Source: Takakia lepidozioides (Eukaryota > Plantae > Bryophyta). Taken from it: a stretch of DNA of 64,000 bases. The stretch spans positions 57,598,001 through 57,662,000 of the forward strand of contig CM060733.1 in the NCBI GenBank assembly GCA_030704615.1, written 5' to 3'. Under the pieces are notes generated by a model that ran no database searches, was not told the origin of the DNA, and was given only the letters and a program-made list of their open reading frames with translations. The position numbers and the translations under genes were made by a program. Positions 48,401 to 60,700 of this stretch are shown piece by piece (the stretch's first letter is position 1; the number at the start of each line of letters is the position of its first letter).

Positions 48401-51400
48401 ATGAGGCGTTGAAAAGTAGAGGTGGCATTGCACAAACCAAAAGGCATGGTCTCATATTGGTATTTGCCCATGCGACACACAAATGAGGTCTTTTCCTTGG
48501 CTGCTTCAGTAAGAGGAACTTGCCAAAAACCAAATGCAAGATCAAGAGAGGAGAAAATTGTAGCACCATGCAATTGATCCAAGGTCTCATTAATCATGGG
48601 TAGTGGGTATGCATATTTTTTGGTGATGTCATTCAGTTTCCTGAAAGTCAACACATAAGCGGGTGGTGCCATCTTTCTTACCTAACCAGGACAACTAGAT
48701 TGGCCCAAGGAGAAACTGAAGGCTTAATCACACTAGCATCAAGCATTTTCTGGACTTCTTCTTCTTGGACTATAACACGTTCCTTGACACTCTCCCGGTA
48801 TGCAAATTGTTTAATAAGAGGTCTTTCAGTGACAATGTCATGTTGAAGGATAGGAGTGTGCCCCAAATCAGTGGATCCCAAACTGAAAACATCTAGATTA
48901 TTTGCAATAAGCATTTCCACTTTCATCGTTTGACCTGAAGAGAGAGTGGTGCCCAACTTGATTTCAGATAATACTTTGGTGAGGGCTGTCTTACCTTCTA
49001 GGCTGAAATCAGGGACAGGTGGTGGTGCAACTGCAGCAACAGCATCCAAGGGGCCATGTTGGATGCCAATGGCCTCAAGTCCTAAGCCAGCTTGTACCTC
49101 TTGTATTTTAGCAATGGGTAGAGCAATGATGCGAGCCAGAACTTGCCCATTCTTAATAATCACAGGGAAGCGCTCGGGATTAGCAATCAGAATCTTGATT
49201 TCTTGCCTATATCCTCTATCTAGAACACTAGTGGCCACCAGACAATGCTTAAGGGCAGTCAGTCTCCTCCATCCTTCAACTTCTAGGAAATGAGTTGTTG
49301 GACATAAGAAGACCAGACCAGTCTTGACCACCTTTTGGGTCATGGCAGGGATGGTGATATTGAGAGGCACGAATTAGAGTAGAATTCTTTGGAATAGCTA
49401 TGGGCATCCCTATCCTATCCCCAGCACCAGGAACATGCCACTGATATAAGAGTTGAAAATTAGGCTGGAACTTGTAGAAATCATTCCAATTGAGGTTGGA
49501 GTGAGAGTTCTGTTATACCTCATTTATCAGGGCCTGGACTCTGGACAAATTGGCTGTAGCAAACCCAGCTTTGATGTTCACTGCTTTCAAGGGAACCACT
49601 ACTTCATGCCCTTCTCCATTGTTAAAGCGAAGGGAGTAGTCTGCTAAGCTGGGGTGGCACCAGCTCCAGTCATCTAGTCAAGGCCTAGCAGAAATTGATC
49701 TCCAATGGTAACTATGCAGGTTACCACAACCTCCTTTTTATGAATTCTGATGGGAACAGTGACTAATCCTAAGGGCTCATACCTGGATCCATCTACAATT
49801 AGCACCTCAATACCTGTGGCAGGGCAGAGTTTAAGACCAAGAACTCTTACAACACTTAAAGGTATAGCAGATATAGTGCATCCAGTATCAACCACACAGG
49901 GAAAGCTGAGCTCGTGGATATGGCACTGGGCCATGAGGGGACTGATCTGCTAGCCAGCAGTCTGTCTACTGAGAGGACAATGCAAAGCTTTAGAGTTAGT
50001 AGATAAAACAGCTTGAATTGGAACATGAGAAGTAGGGTTGGTAGATGATGGACCTCTTGCCCCCTTCCCAAGAGGTCTCTCTAGTTTAAAGGAGGGGAAG
50101 AGCCACTAGCTGTCTTCTTGTTCTTGATCAACTCTGGTAGCCCAGAATGTCTGCACAATGCTTCGTCCAGTGTTCAAAAGATCCACAAATGTAACAGGCA
50201 GCAAAATTACCCTCATAGGCTTGTCCAGTCTGGGTTTGACCTCTATTGTTACCACCTGTTTGTCCTTGGCCATGTCGAGGCTGCCACCTCTGTTGATGAG
50301 CCGGCATGGCAGCAAACTGAGTGGCCACAGACTCACTAAGACTTCCCACAGTATTAGCCAATCCCTGAAGAGTAAAGTCATCAGCTTTGCATAGCATAGC
50401 AGGAGGAACATAGGAGGAGGATGTTGCAAACATGCCAAGCTCTGAGCCCATTGGAGCTTGAAACTTGGCATGATGTTGCATTGATTTGCTGTCAGCCAAG
50501 TCAGCCATTTTTAAGATTAATTTCTGCTAACATAGTCTTGTCATTGACAAAATGACGTCGTTGAGCCCAATTCTGAATAGTGGAAGACAACCCAAGGATA
50601 AAATACCTCTTAACCATGCGATCCCTCTCTGCGAGGTCTATAATATTTTCAACAACAGCAAATTTGAGATCCATGTAATATTTCCACAAGGACTCCCCAG
50701 GTTGGTAAGTCCTGGCAGAAAGCTTGGTAAAACAATCCAGATGCCTCTCAGGAGGTTTGAACTATGTCTTTGCCCATTCCACCAGAGTTGCCCAATTGAG
50801 GCTGAGATCATCCATGACAGCTGCATGCAGGAAGTCACGAGCTGGTCCCTTCATGCTCATCCTACAGATCGTCATCTTGAAATTCTTAGGCACTCCATTG
50901 ACACTAGCAATGACCTCAAACATCTGAAGATATCTATCAAAGTCTTCTCCCATGGTATATTCTGGGTAAGGTTGAGTAGTCAGCTGAGGGATCAAATGAC
51001 AAGGAAAGCTATGGTTGATGTGACTAGGGAGGACAGACCCATGAGCAGGGCAACAGGTTCCATGGGAGTAGCACTACTATGCACATATCCAATAGCTGCA
51101 GAATTATAACTCATATTATTATTGCTGGCTGATCCTACAGCAGTTGAAATGGGCAGATGTGACATCACCGTGCCCATGGGGAGAGCAGGTGTTGCCAAGG
51201 TAAGTCAACTTCAAGTGGGTTTGTGGCATTCCACTCATGGGAAGAGTGGATGCCACTCCCACCGGTTGTATTGATACTGATCCTATACCGCTAGGAGAGA
51301 TATTGCTAACATGCATGCCTATGGACAGGCTAGAGACAAGGTGTGGTAGCACCCCAGCCTGTGGAGCAGGGAGAGCCCCCACTGATTGACCTGTGATGGC

Positions 51401-53164
51401 AGGAGTCGGAGCAGCAGATACACTAGAGGGCCCTTGCATCTTGATACCCCCACCTCGAACAACACCATACACATTCAACACAGGAAAATTGCCTACATGC
51501 ATACCCGAATTTGCATGCAACAAATTCCCTCCCCCGAGAGTGGGACTAGGGAAATTTACAACAGGCAACACACTAGGACTCAAATTAGCAACCTGGGCCG
51601 GCATACTGCTCGCAATAGCCCGATTGTCCGAGACCAACCCGATTCTGCCCTGCCCATGACCAGATCGCCTCATGGGCTCACTACCTTGAACCTCCATGGC
51701 TCCACTAATCTGAGTAGGAAAAATTGCGGGGTCCACCCCCGATTCCATGGGCAAAACAACAGAGCCCTCCTTATTTATCCTCACGATACCATCATCATGC
51801 AACAGTTCTAAGTCCTCCTCAAAATTACCAGAGTCCAAGGAAACTTCATCAATCAAGGCATTACCTGTCCTGGAGGTTGTCTGATTCCCCACTTACATCA
51901 GGTATGCCCTTGCCAGGCGGCCCGAGTGGCTCTCGTGAACTAGTCATGAACTTCTATCTACCAGATCGCAACCAAGAACTTGCAGATGTGTTTGGCATGC
52001 AAAAACAAAGACAATCGTGGAAAAGAAAGAACCTCTAAGCCGTTGGGATGAGCAGCCGCGGCCTTGGCTTGGCACCCGTGAAGCTTCGGGAGTCCAGACA
52101 GAGCAAGAAAGAAGCTTGAGCGGGTCGTGAGAACTGGAACCATAAACTGCCAACGCCAGCCACTCCCACACTCTCTCGTCCTTAATCCAGAAGCCCACCC
52201 GTGTCGTGTCGTTCTCCTCCCACGTCCGGGACAGCACTGAGGAATTGGGAAAGCTATCCAGGTGATCTGCAACGCGAGGGCAAAGTACACGCTGCTCTTC
52301 AAAGCAGGTGCCTGGCAAAATCACGATGTCGGACGACTGCACATGCAAACTATTTCCCACGAGACCATCCACCAGTCCACTGTCGTGGGTTTGTAACGAC
52401 ATACCCGGGAGTGAAATCGAAGAGCTCGTAACAACAAGGCTCCAGAGCCTTCGAGCAACAATGAAAGCCAAGAGCCTGTTGTCTATTCGGTCGTCTGCCA
52501 CAGGCCCGACTCACGGCGGACGGATAATGGTAAGTGGAGCCCGAGCGCTTCCCAGGCCACCTGCCGATGATGAAGAAGACGAGCCTTGAATACTTCTGTC
52601 CGCAAGCGCAGGGAATTTCTAACAGCCACGACGGCTCGGGTCTGGCACAACGTACTCTCTCTCCCAAAATTAGAACTAGACCCAGGTCGCACAAAAATCG
52701 CCTCGTGATGACTGTTCATCCTTTCAAACAGATGCTTCAAACTTTTCAAACCACTGCACATCCTCCGGAAGCAACTCTCCTAGAGACTCATCATAATCCT
52801 GAGAGCGCTCAACATCCCTCTCAAACTCTCTCTCTCGTTCTCTCAGACACTCGTAATAAGGACCTGGATCATAGAAATTATCAAAATGATAGTACTATGG
52901 ATCACAACTATCTAGAGAGCTGGGCGACCTCTCATCTCCAGGCTTCGGCCTCATTCACATTAACATCATATCTAGGGCTAGATGAATTCAAATGCACGAC
53001 AAGACCAGGACCATCTACACTGGCACGAGGTTCCCTGTGTTTCAACACATAACAGGGAAGAGGATCTTAGAGGTGCTCCGTGCTGGGTTTAGGCAGGGGT
53101 GACACTGGCGAGGCAACAATGCCAAGCAGTGCACGTCGAGAGGGGTTAGTGGCAGCAAGATCAA

Positions 53165-53880
53165 TCGCCTCCTCTCGCGCATTGCCTGCTCTTTCCGCTT
53201 GCCCCCTTGTTGTGAAAACTTGTTTTTTGAGAGGAAGGGAGTATATGCTTCAGGCTCGTTTTGTGGTGAAGAGAAGCCGGGTAGCGTCTAGGTGTTTTAG
53301 CATCCACTACCCGCTCCGACAGCATTGTTAGGTTGTTGAGGGATCTGCACGCTAATTTTTTGATCGTTGCTCTCTAAACAGTCTTGTCTGATGGCGGCCA
53401 ACCACCTTGCGATGTTTTCTCTTGTTGTTTCGTATTTGCTTTCTCACCCTGCTCATTGTGCTGTGTTGCAGGATGATGGCCTCAGTGCGTAGTACAAGCT
53501 GTGTAGCACGCAGAGAGAGAGAAAACCTGTCGGTGCAAGTTGATTTGGTTTTTGAGATTGAGACTAGGCGGATCTAACACACAAGAGCTCATCCAAAGCT
53601 TGTACACCGAAATCACATATACACTAACACCCGAGTACACCGCCCTGACCTTGTGTCAAAGCGCCGTCTTTATACAAAAGCCCTAGCTTTAGTTGCTCGC
53701 CGCGTGGCGAGGCGTCACAAGCCAAAACCCACGGCGCCACTCTGTAACCCTAGATCTGATGAAGGGCCAGGATGGCCACCAGCCAAAACTAACCCTAACC
53801 AAAAAATTATACTATGGATGTGTATCGCAGTTTTGGATGAAACAGGTCATTTCTAGGCTAAGCAAATATGGGGCATTACA
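53165..53880 (-). repeat. 5' LTR of the gypsy element, with U5 and adjacent leader inverted (~53165-53565)
   Basis: The direct match to the 3' LTR stops at ~53567; the missing U5 part reappears reverse-complemented at 53165-53262. Confidence 0.82.
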
Positions 53881-54796
53881 TGGGTCTGAGCCTGTGGTTC
53901 TTTTTTCATTAGCATCATACCTCATAAATGACAGGGCTATTTTCTCCCCTTCAAGTATGGGCCTGAACTGTGAATTGTTGCTCCAAGCATTATCAAGAAT
54001 GTCGCAAAATGATGAGATATTATGATGCTCAGGTGACCAAGGAGTTTTACTCTACCTTGAAAACTCACCGTATCTGTTGTTCCACAGCTTGATGTTTTGC
54101 TTAGTTGTGTTGATTTTCTTCTTTCTATTCAAGGTGGCTCATACCATGGAAATGTACAATTTTTTAAAACAGACTGTTCAACATATAGCCCCAAAGAAAT
54201 GTCTTCTCCATACCTTTCTAAAGAGCTCTTGCACACTTGTTATAACTCAATATTTAAAAGTCATAAGCCTTTGGATTTGTAATTAGTTCCATGAGATTAT
54301 TTTCATGCCAAAAAGCTGCAGACTTCAGCCTCTTTCATACAGACCAACAGGATCTCATGTTCAGTTTAGAGGTGTCATGTGTCATGAGACAGATTTGGAC
54401 GTTTCTGGGCAGCCATAACAACATTAGCTACTGAGGTGTGCCAGGTCAACACAAGAAACACATCTATGTGCAGAGAAGTTCATGCAACAATTTGAACATA
54501 GGAGGTTTTCCGGTTTCAATGCTACATCCACACTTCACAATCAACACACCTGCTTTTCAGCACCATTACAGCTCATGTACAAATGGCTGCCAACTTTTCA
54601 CTTAGGCGAAGGGTGAATGTATGAAACCACAACAGAGTTTTCTGCAATAGGAAAGACATTTGTTCTTCCTACCACGATAATAAGTTAGATGGGTTTACAA
54701 AAGGGCCTCTGTCCCCTTTCTGAAAACAACCATAAAAATAATAGAATTGAAAAAATTGGGAGGCCCCATTGGTGTGGGCATGAAGGCTTACCGGAA

Positions 54797-57700
54797 TTAA
54801 GTTGGACGAAAGATCTCCCCTCTTATCGAGTTAGCCCACGTGTAGGGTTCACCTTCCAAATTCCTAGCATAAATTTCACATAACTCAATGCCTGCCACAC
54901 TCATTGCAAAGTGGAGGGAGGGTGGATAACCCATATTGATGATCTTCTGCTCACTGATTTTCCGCGAGGCATACTCACAATTAACAGAGTATAACGCTGA
55001 TGCTTCCTCCCAGATACGTGAGACAGGCTTGCGCTCCCACCTTTGGGAAACCGGATTCTTTGATTCCAAGAGAAACTGCAATCCAAAGCAGTACATCTAC
55101 TGTGAACACCCTGATAACGCTAATGACAGCAACAAACCCAGCAATCTCTCTCCCTTTGCACTGCAGACTGAGTGCGGGGTTTGAAAGAAAGAACAATTGC
55201 ATGACTACCCCTGTGACACAGGAAATTCCAAAAGAAACTGCAACCCAACCCAATCTACTGTGAACCAACCCTCATAAAAACCAACAAGAAACAAACCCAG
55301 AAATCTCTTTCTCTGCTCAGTCTGCACCCATTTCATCAACGTTTCTGTTGGTTTAAAGGCAAGCATGTTCTTGTGACTGCACTCCCATAACAGGGGCAGT
55401 GTGAACCCAGCTCAGGAAGGTTCACTATTGGCGTTCTGAGTTCCTAATAGTATAACATGCTGTTAGGATCTTGGGCTTTTCTGACCCATTCTGCGTAGTC
55501 TTCATCTTGTTCCACAGCAATATGAGTACATTCTATGGGTACTCCTTTGAATAAGCCTCTGTGAAAGCATCAAATGACAGTCTTTCACACGATTAAGAGA
55601 GGCTGGAAACAATGACAAAAACTGTGGGCTTCCATCTGCCTCCTGAAGTGTATGCACATCTATGTAGCAAGCCTTCTGCTCTTAACTATCCTTCCACTCT
55701 GATCCCAAGATCTGTACCATCCAAAACTGGATGCAGGGTCTATGGCAACAAGATCCATCAGGATACTTTTAACAGTTATATCTCACATGGATCAAAGGGA
55801 GGCTCTATGATTGGTGTGAGATTTCAGTCATGTAGCAGCTCAAATTCTGTTCTCCCCCATATTTAGCCCCTTTCCTGTCCCTACCAAGCTGGGCAGGGGG
55901 ACTATGGTGACAAGGCTGCAGCAAGCACAACCTAATGTAAGAACATCTCATACGCATCAAACAATGAAAAACAATCTGAGGGCTGACAGGAAGCTCTACA
56001 GCTGCTCTACACAAATTGCAGAGAAAATCTAGATCTGTATGCTGGTGTATGTAGGTGATCTCTTGCAGATGCTGTGCATTTATATACAACAGACCTGACA
56101 CAGTGCACACTTATTCAATACCCATCTTTGTTTTCCTAGTGTGTGCTGGTCCTTACCTTCCTGTACTTGGCTATGATGTTGTCTGGTGCCTCCTTTGAAC
56201 CGGAGTTGTATGCTGCTTGTATCTCTGGGTTCCATTGCATAAGATGGTTTTCCCATGTCGGCTTGTACTGAGTATAGTTTCCAAACTTGAAATGTGGATC
56301 CATCACCATGGAATCTGAAGATAACCAAGAAACTGCATTAGAGAGGATGGACCAAGAGCTTTTAGAACAAACTAGAAGTCCTATCTGGTTCTGACTATGC
56401 TTTTGATTGAAAGATATGAAAATTATTAGCTGAAGAGAATAAGACATTCTGGAAGATTAACTCTCTATCTGGACAATTGTGGCCCTCTGATTATTATAGA
56501 GTTTCTTTCCGCGGACGGTATAAAGTACCATTTCATTTCATTTCATTTCTCACCTACACTTGGCTAATGACATCTCTTCTCTCCCTTGAGCAATAGTTGC
56601 TTTCGGCTGCTTGCGGAGTTTTTCCCTTCTCTTGTCCAATAAGCTCTTTGGGCTTTCCGCAGACGTTATAGATTCTTTTCATTTTTATTTCTCCACTTCA
56701 GTTCTTATTTGGTCTTACTTTCTTTTGTACTGCTGTATCACATGAGGACCTCTGGACAGACCTAGAGGAGGATAACCGAGGCTGTCGGAGCCAATGCTGC
56801 CCAAATCATAAATCTGGCCAAGAATTGATTTGGAGTGATAATAAATCCTCCTATCCCTTCTTTCTTGATTGGATTTGTCCTTGTTGCTCCTCTCCTTCTT
56901 CATGTGGTGTGGCCACTTCTGTGGCTTTAAGTGGGCTGGAAGCTGCACCTGAGGATTCAGACAACAAGTGCTAAAGTAGATTCCCAAAACTGGTTTTGGT
57001 CTAGATCCTAGTTACAGAGCCCATACAACCTACTGAAACCATCAGGCGAATAGGACCAGGACTTTCCTAATGAGAATCCCACATCATGATAGGGCTTGAG
57101 TAGGATTCCATCAGTTCCTTTCTAACACTGGAGAAACAAAAGTATAACTTTCAACATACATTTTGACCTCCAGTTCACCATGGTAAACTCAGTCTGAAAC
57201 TGTCAACTCAGTCTCAAAGCATGAAGTTGAATTCAACATTACTACCTTACAGATTGTACTCATAAGACGTTGTTTGCCGTAGCCTTGTGGCCATTGACCC
57301 CGCGCCCAGTTTGAGCGGGAACAAAAGGGACAGAACCTACCTCTGTCAGGGGCTGACGTTGGTAGTAAGACTTACCTTCATATATAGAATTAATCCGGGT
57401 TTTCCAGATATCCTCTAGAAATCCCTTCACACAAGCATCAATCTGCTGTGTGTGATTTGCCCAAAAACTAGGCCTCAGGAGGGCCTGGGCTTTTGGCTCA
57501 GCCTCGAGACTTTCAAAGTTGGTAAACAGGGGTACAGGCACAATTCATAGATTTGAAGAGAGCGTCTCTTTGGTGAGAGCTTCTGTTTGCTGTTCAAAGG
57601 TAGGCTTCCTGCCCTGAGTTTAAATTACTACCTTACAGAAATGAAATGAAATGGTGCTTTATAACGTCCGCGGAAAGCTCGTAGAGCTTATGGGACAAAA

Positions 57701-60700
57701 TGGAAGAAAACATGAGACAGGAACAAATCCAGAAACCACAATTAATGTTCTAGCGATTGTCTAAGGGTGAAGGCCTCGTGTAGGTAGGCTGCCAAGCATT
57801 TTTGATCCTCATAGTGAAAGACATCAGTGAGAGTTTGGGTTCCACTGAATAAACAGTGGAATCTCCCACGGATCTCGTAGTATAGAGGGCAGTAGAAGAA
57901 GAAGTGTTCTTCAGTTTCAATTTCCTTGCTGCGCCCTATGCAAGCTGGACATAGGCGGTCCTCCCGTTGCAGGTTTTCCCATCTGCCAGTCTCTATCCGT
58001 AGGTTGTGGGAACCCACCCTGAACCGCCCCAATGCCCTCAAGAGGGAAGGAGATAAGGGTGCTGAAAGGTAATTACAGAGAAAGAGAGAGATGTCGTCAT
58101 TTATGTTTACTCCCAGCAGCCTTGCAAACATGGACAACTTGCCCCAGAAATTCAGGGGAAAGGAGGGGATGGGACAGCTGAAATTGGTTCTGACTTTCAA
58201 AAAAATGTCAAGTTGGGCATGAAGCCAAGCAGAATTCAGTCCAGAAAGTAGACCCAAGGAAGAAGGAAATGAAATGAAATGGTACTTTATAACATCCACA
58301 GGAAGCTCAAAGAGCCTATAGGACGAGGAAAGAAAGAAACAAGAAAGAGGGTGGGGCCCTCCACAAGAGAGAGGTTCTACAGACTCAAGGAAGGGGAAGA
58401 AAGAGAGTATCCACATAAGCATTACTACAAGAGGGGACAGGGGACATACACACATCCATGCATACATATGTCGATGCGTGAAACAGACCTCTTCCCCTGT
58501 TTTGCCGGCATCCAGTGCCCTTTTATATAAATCATTGAGCTCCTCCATTGTTTCTGATAGATAGCTCTTTCGTTCGGCGTCCGTGACAGTGAGAAATTCA
58601 TCCAAGTGGGCCAACAAATAGTCAGCAGCCATCGGCATTGGCGGCATGCTGTTACAGCCCCCAACCCCGCAACAATCACTTTGACCGAATTTAAAGATCC
58701 CATTGTGAGAAAGGGACACAAGAAGTTTTTACAGTCACAGGAGGCCAAGAGGGTCCCATGGGCCAGTCATCCAGAAATGAAATGATACTTAATAATGTCA
58801 ATAGCTTAAAGGACAAAGGAAGCAGGGGACAGGAAAGAATAAAATGAAATGAAATGGTACTTTACAACGTCTGCAAAAAGCTCAAAGAGCTTATGGGACA
58901 AAAGGAAACAAGAAACAAGACAATGAATACCAGCAAAGCCCTGAGTAGCAAAGCCCAACCACAGTAAGCAAGTAACTCAGAGTATATGTTGACCAAACAC
59001 AATTACACACCTGATGCTCAAATATGACATTGAATCCCATACTGGAGGAAAACTCCCCTCTTCTCACACTAGGACCCAGTCAGTCTTGACTGACTGAATC
59101 CTGTTAAGAATCAAACAATGCAGAAATAGGAAGAAGGAAACTGAATTGAGGTAGCAAATTGTGAAATGGAGCTCCTGTGTTTTTGTGTTTGCTATCTTAG
59201 TCTGCTCACCTTCCTTTGAATCGAGCTTTCAGGAATCTGCGAAAAACGGCAATCTCTAGCTCATGGGCTGGCAAATTTGAAGGTACCACCTGCCCTGAGT
59301 TACCAACCCCACCTCTTGACCTCTTCCATGCAGGTTTTTCTTCAAAATATTTTAGCACCTGCATGAAATGAGAGTTAGTTAGTACTTTGTGCAGGTTGAT
59401 GAACTTGAATGTTGCCATTTACTTTGTGCACCATCAGAAATTGTTCGAGACTGCCGTGGTTCAAGAAAGTAAATTACTGAATGTTCGATCAATTTATCAA
59501 AACTAAGTGATGGAAGTCCAGCTCATCTCTGAACCTTCACACTACAGATCTAAGCTGCAATAGTTGCTTGCCTGTTTGTTGCGACACACCCAGTAGCGGT
59601 CACCATCCAGGTCACCATTAGCAATCTCATCAACCACTGGACGGTCTCCCTGGGTCGAGAAAAAAATGGTATATTTGCTGTCCTCCACAAACGGATCAAG
59701 GCGTTCATCCCATACAGCCTCAAATGGGCGGATATCCCCCCAGTGCTTGCCCGGGTTCCTGTACACTAGAACCTTCCCATATACTTTCCCGTCACCCCTG
59801 CCAAGTGAAACCAGTCAATAGGAGTGCAAACCCTGTTTCTTTTTCCTTGTTTGGTGGGAGCAAGGAGGGGCAAATATAGCAGAGAAGACCTTCTGAACCA
59901 AAGATCTCTCTCTACATTTTCCCCTTGCAATTTATACTCTGGGACTAACTTGCAAGTGAAAAAAGTAAAAATGCAAGTAAAAACAGTCTCATGCTTCACC
60001 ACATTATGCCCAAAGCAATACACAGGTGACTTAGCAGAGGAACTTATTCATTTGGATCAGAACATAAACGCTTATGAGGCACTCCATCTCTAGGCATTGA
60101 TGTAGGCTCATTTCTTTCACCCACGGTGTGCAATCACAGTTTCTCTGCTTGTTACATAATCTTCTCCCAAAAGCTTTTTTGAGCTCTTTGCGAGTGTATA
60201 GAATTCCAGTATGTCTTTCTCCTTCTCAATGTTGTTGTAGGAGTTTCGTTTGGAATGATATCTTGGCTTACTAAGCACTTTGAGCATCCAAAGGCAGTAC
60301 CATATTGTTCTTTTCTTGATGCTGTCCAAATTGAGTGCAGTGTTTATGGCCAAAAGTCCAGGCAAGCAAAGTCCAATAAGTGAGTCTCTCTCCCCCACTG
60401 TGGACATAATAATCTCTCTTCTCCTTTCTTATCCAAGAAGAGAAAACATATTACCAGACAGGGTATAGTAAGCTTACATTGAAATCGCAACTTGATTAGG
60501 CTTCAAAAGCCCAGATGGATCAGCTGTGGCCATGAGGTAATAGGTGTCAGGAATGGGGACACAACCTTTCCTTAGATCCAACAATTTTTCCTCTGCGATC
60601 CTCTTTAAATTCTTCTGCATCTGGGGATGATTCATTGGTATACCCGCCACGAGCATTCGATACGTTTGGTCACGATATGTTTGGTCTTCAAAGTTATTCT

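Larger units (their letters stand above)
45026..53880 (-). mobile_element. Ty3/gypsy LTR retrotransposon, degenerate (gag-CCHC, PR, dUTPase-like, RT, RNase H, IN)
   Basis: CYICGSFEHWTKHC; VVDTGCTIS; YPLPMINETLDQL..LDLAFGFWQV..MPFGLCNA..YVDD; LQTDASD..IAYASR; HLGIKK..YYWLG; LTDQGNEF..YHPQTNGLMERFN, in PR-RT-RH-IN order. Termini TGTAATG...CATCACA; TGGG on both flanks. Confidence 0.93.

Noticed and set aside
51944-53052. Extra (env-like or antisense) ORFs in the gypsy leader
   Set aside because: Short, overlapping on both strands, no recognisable motif; cannot be supported without family alignment.
57742-58719. 325-aa RDR-LINE fusion ORF
   Set aside because: An RDR exon (~58490-58660) reads through intron sequence into a family B LINE fragment; a splice donor follows KTGEE.
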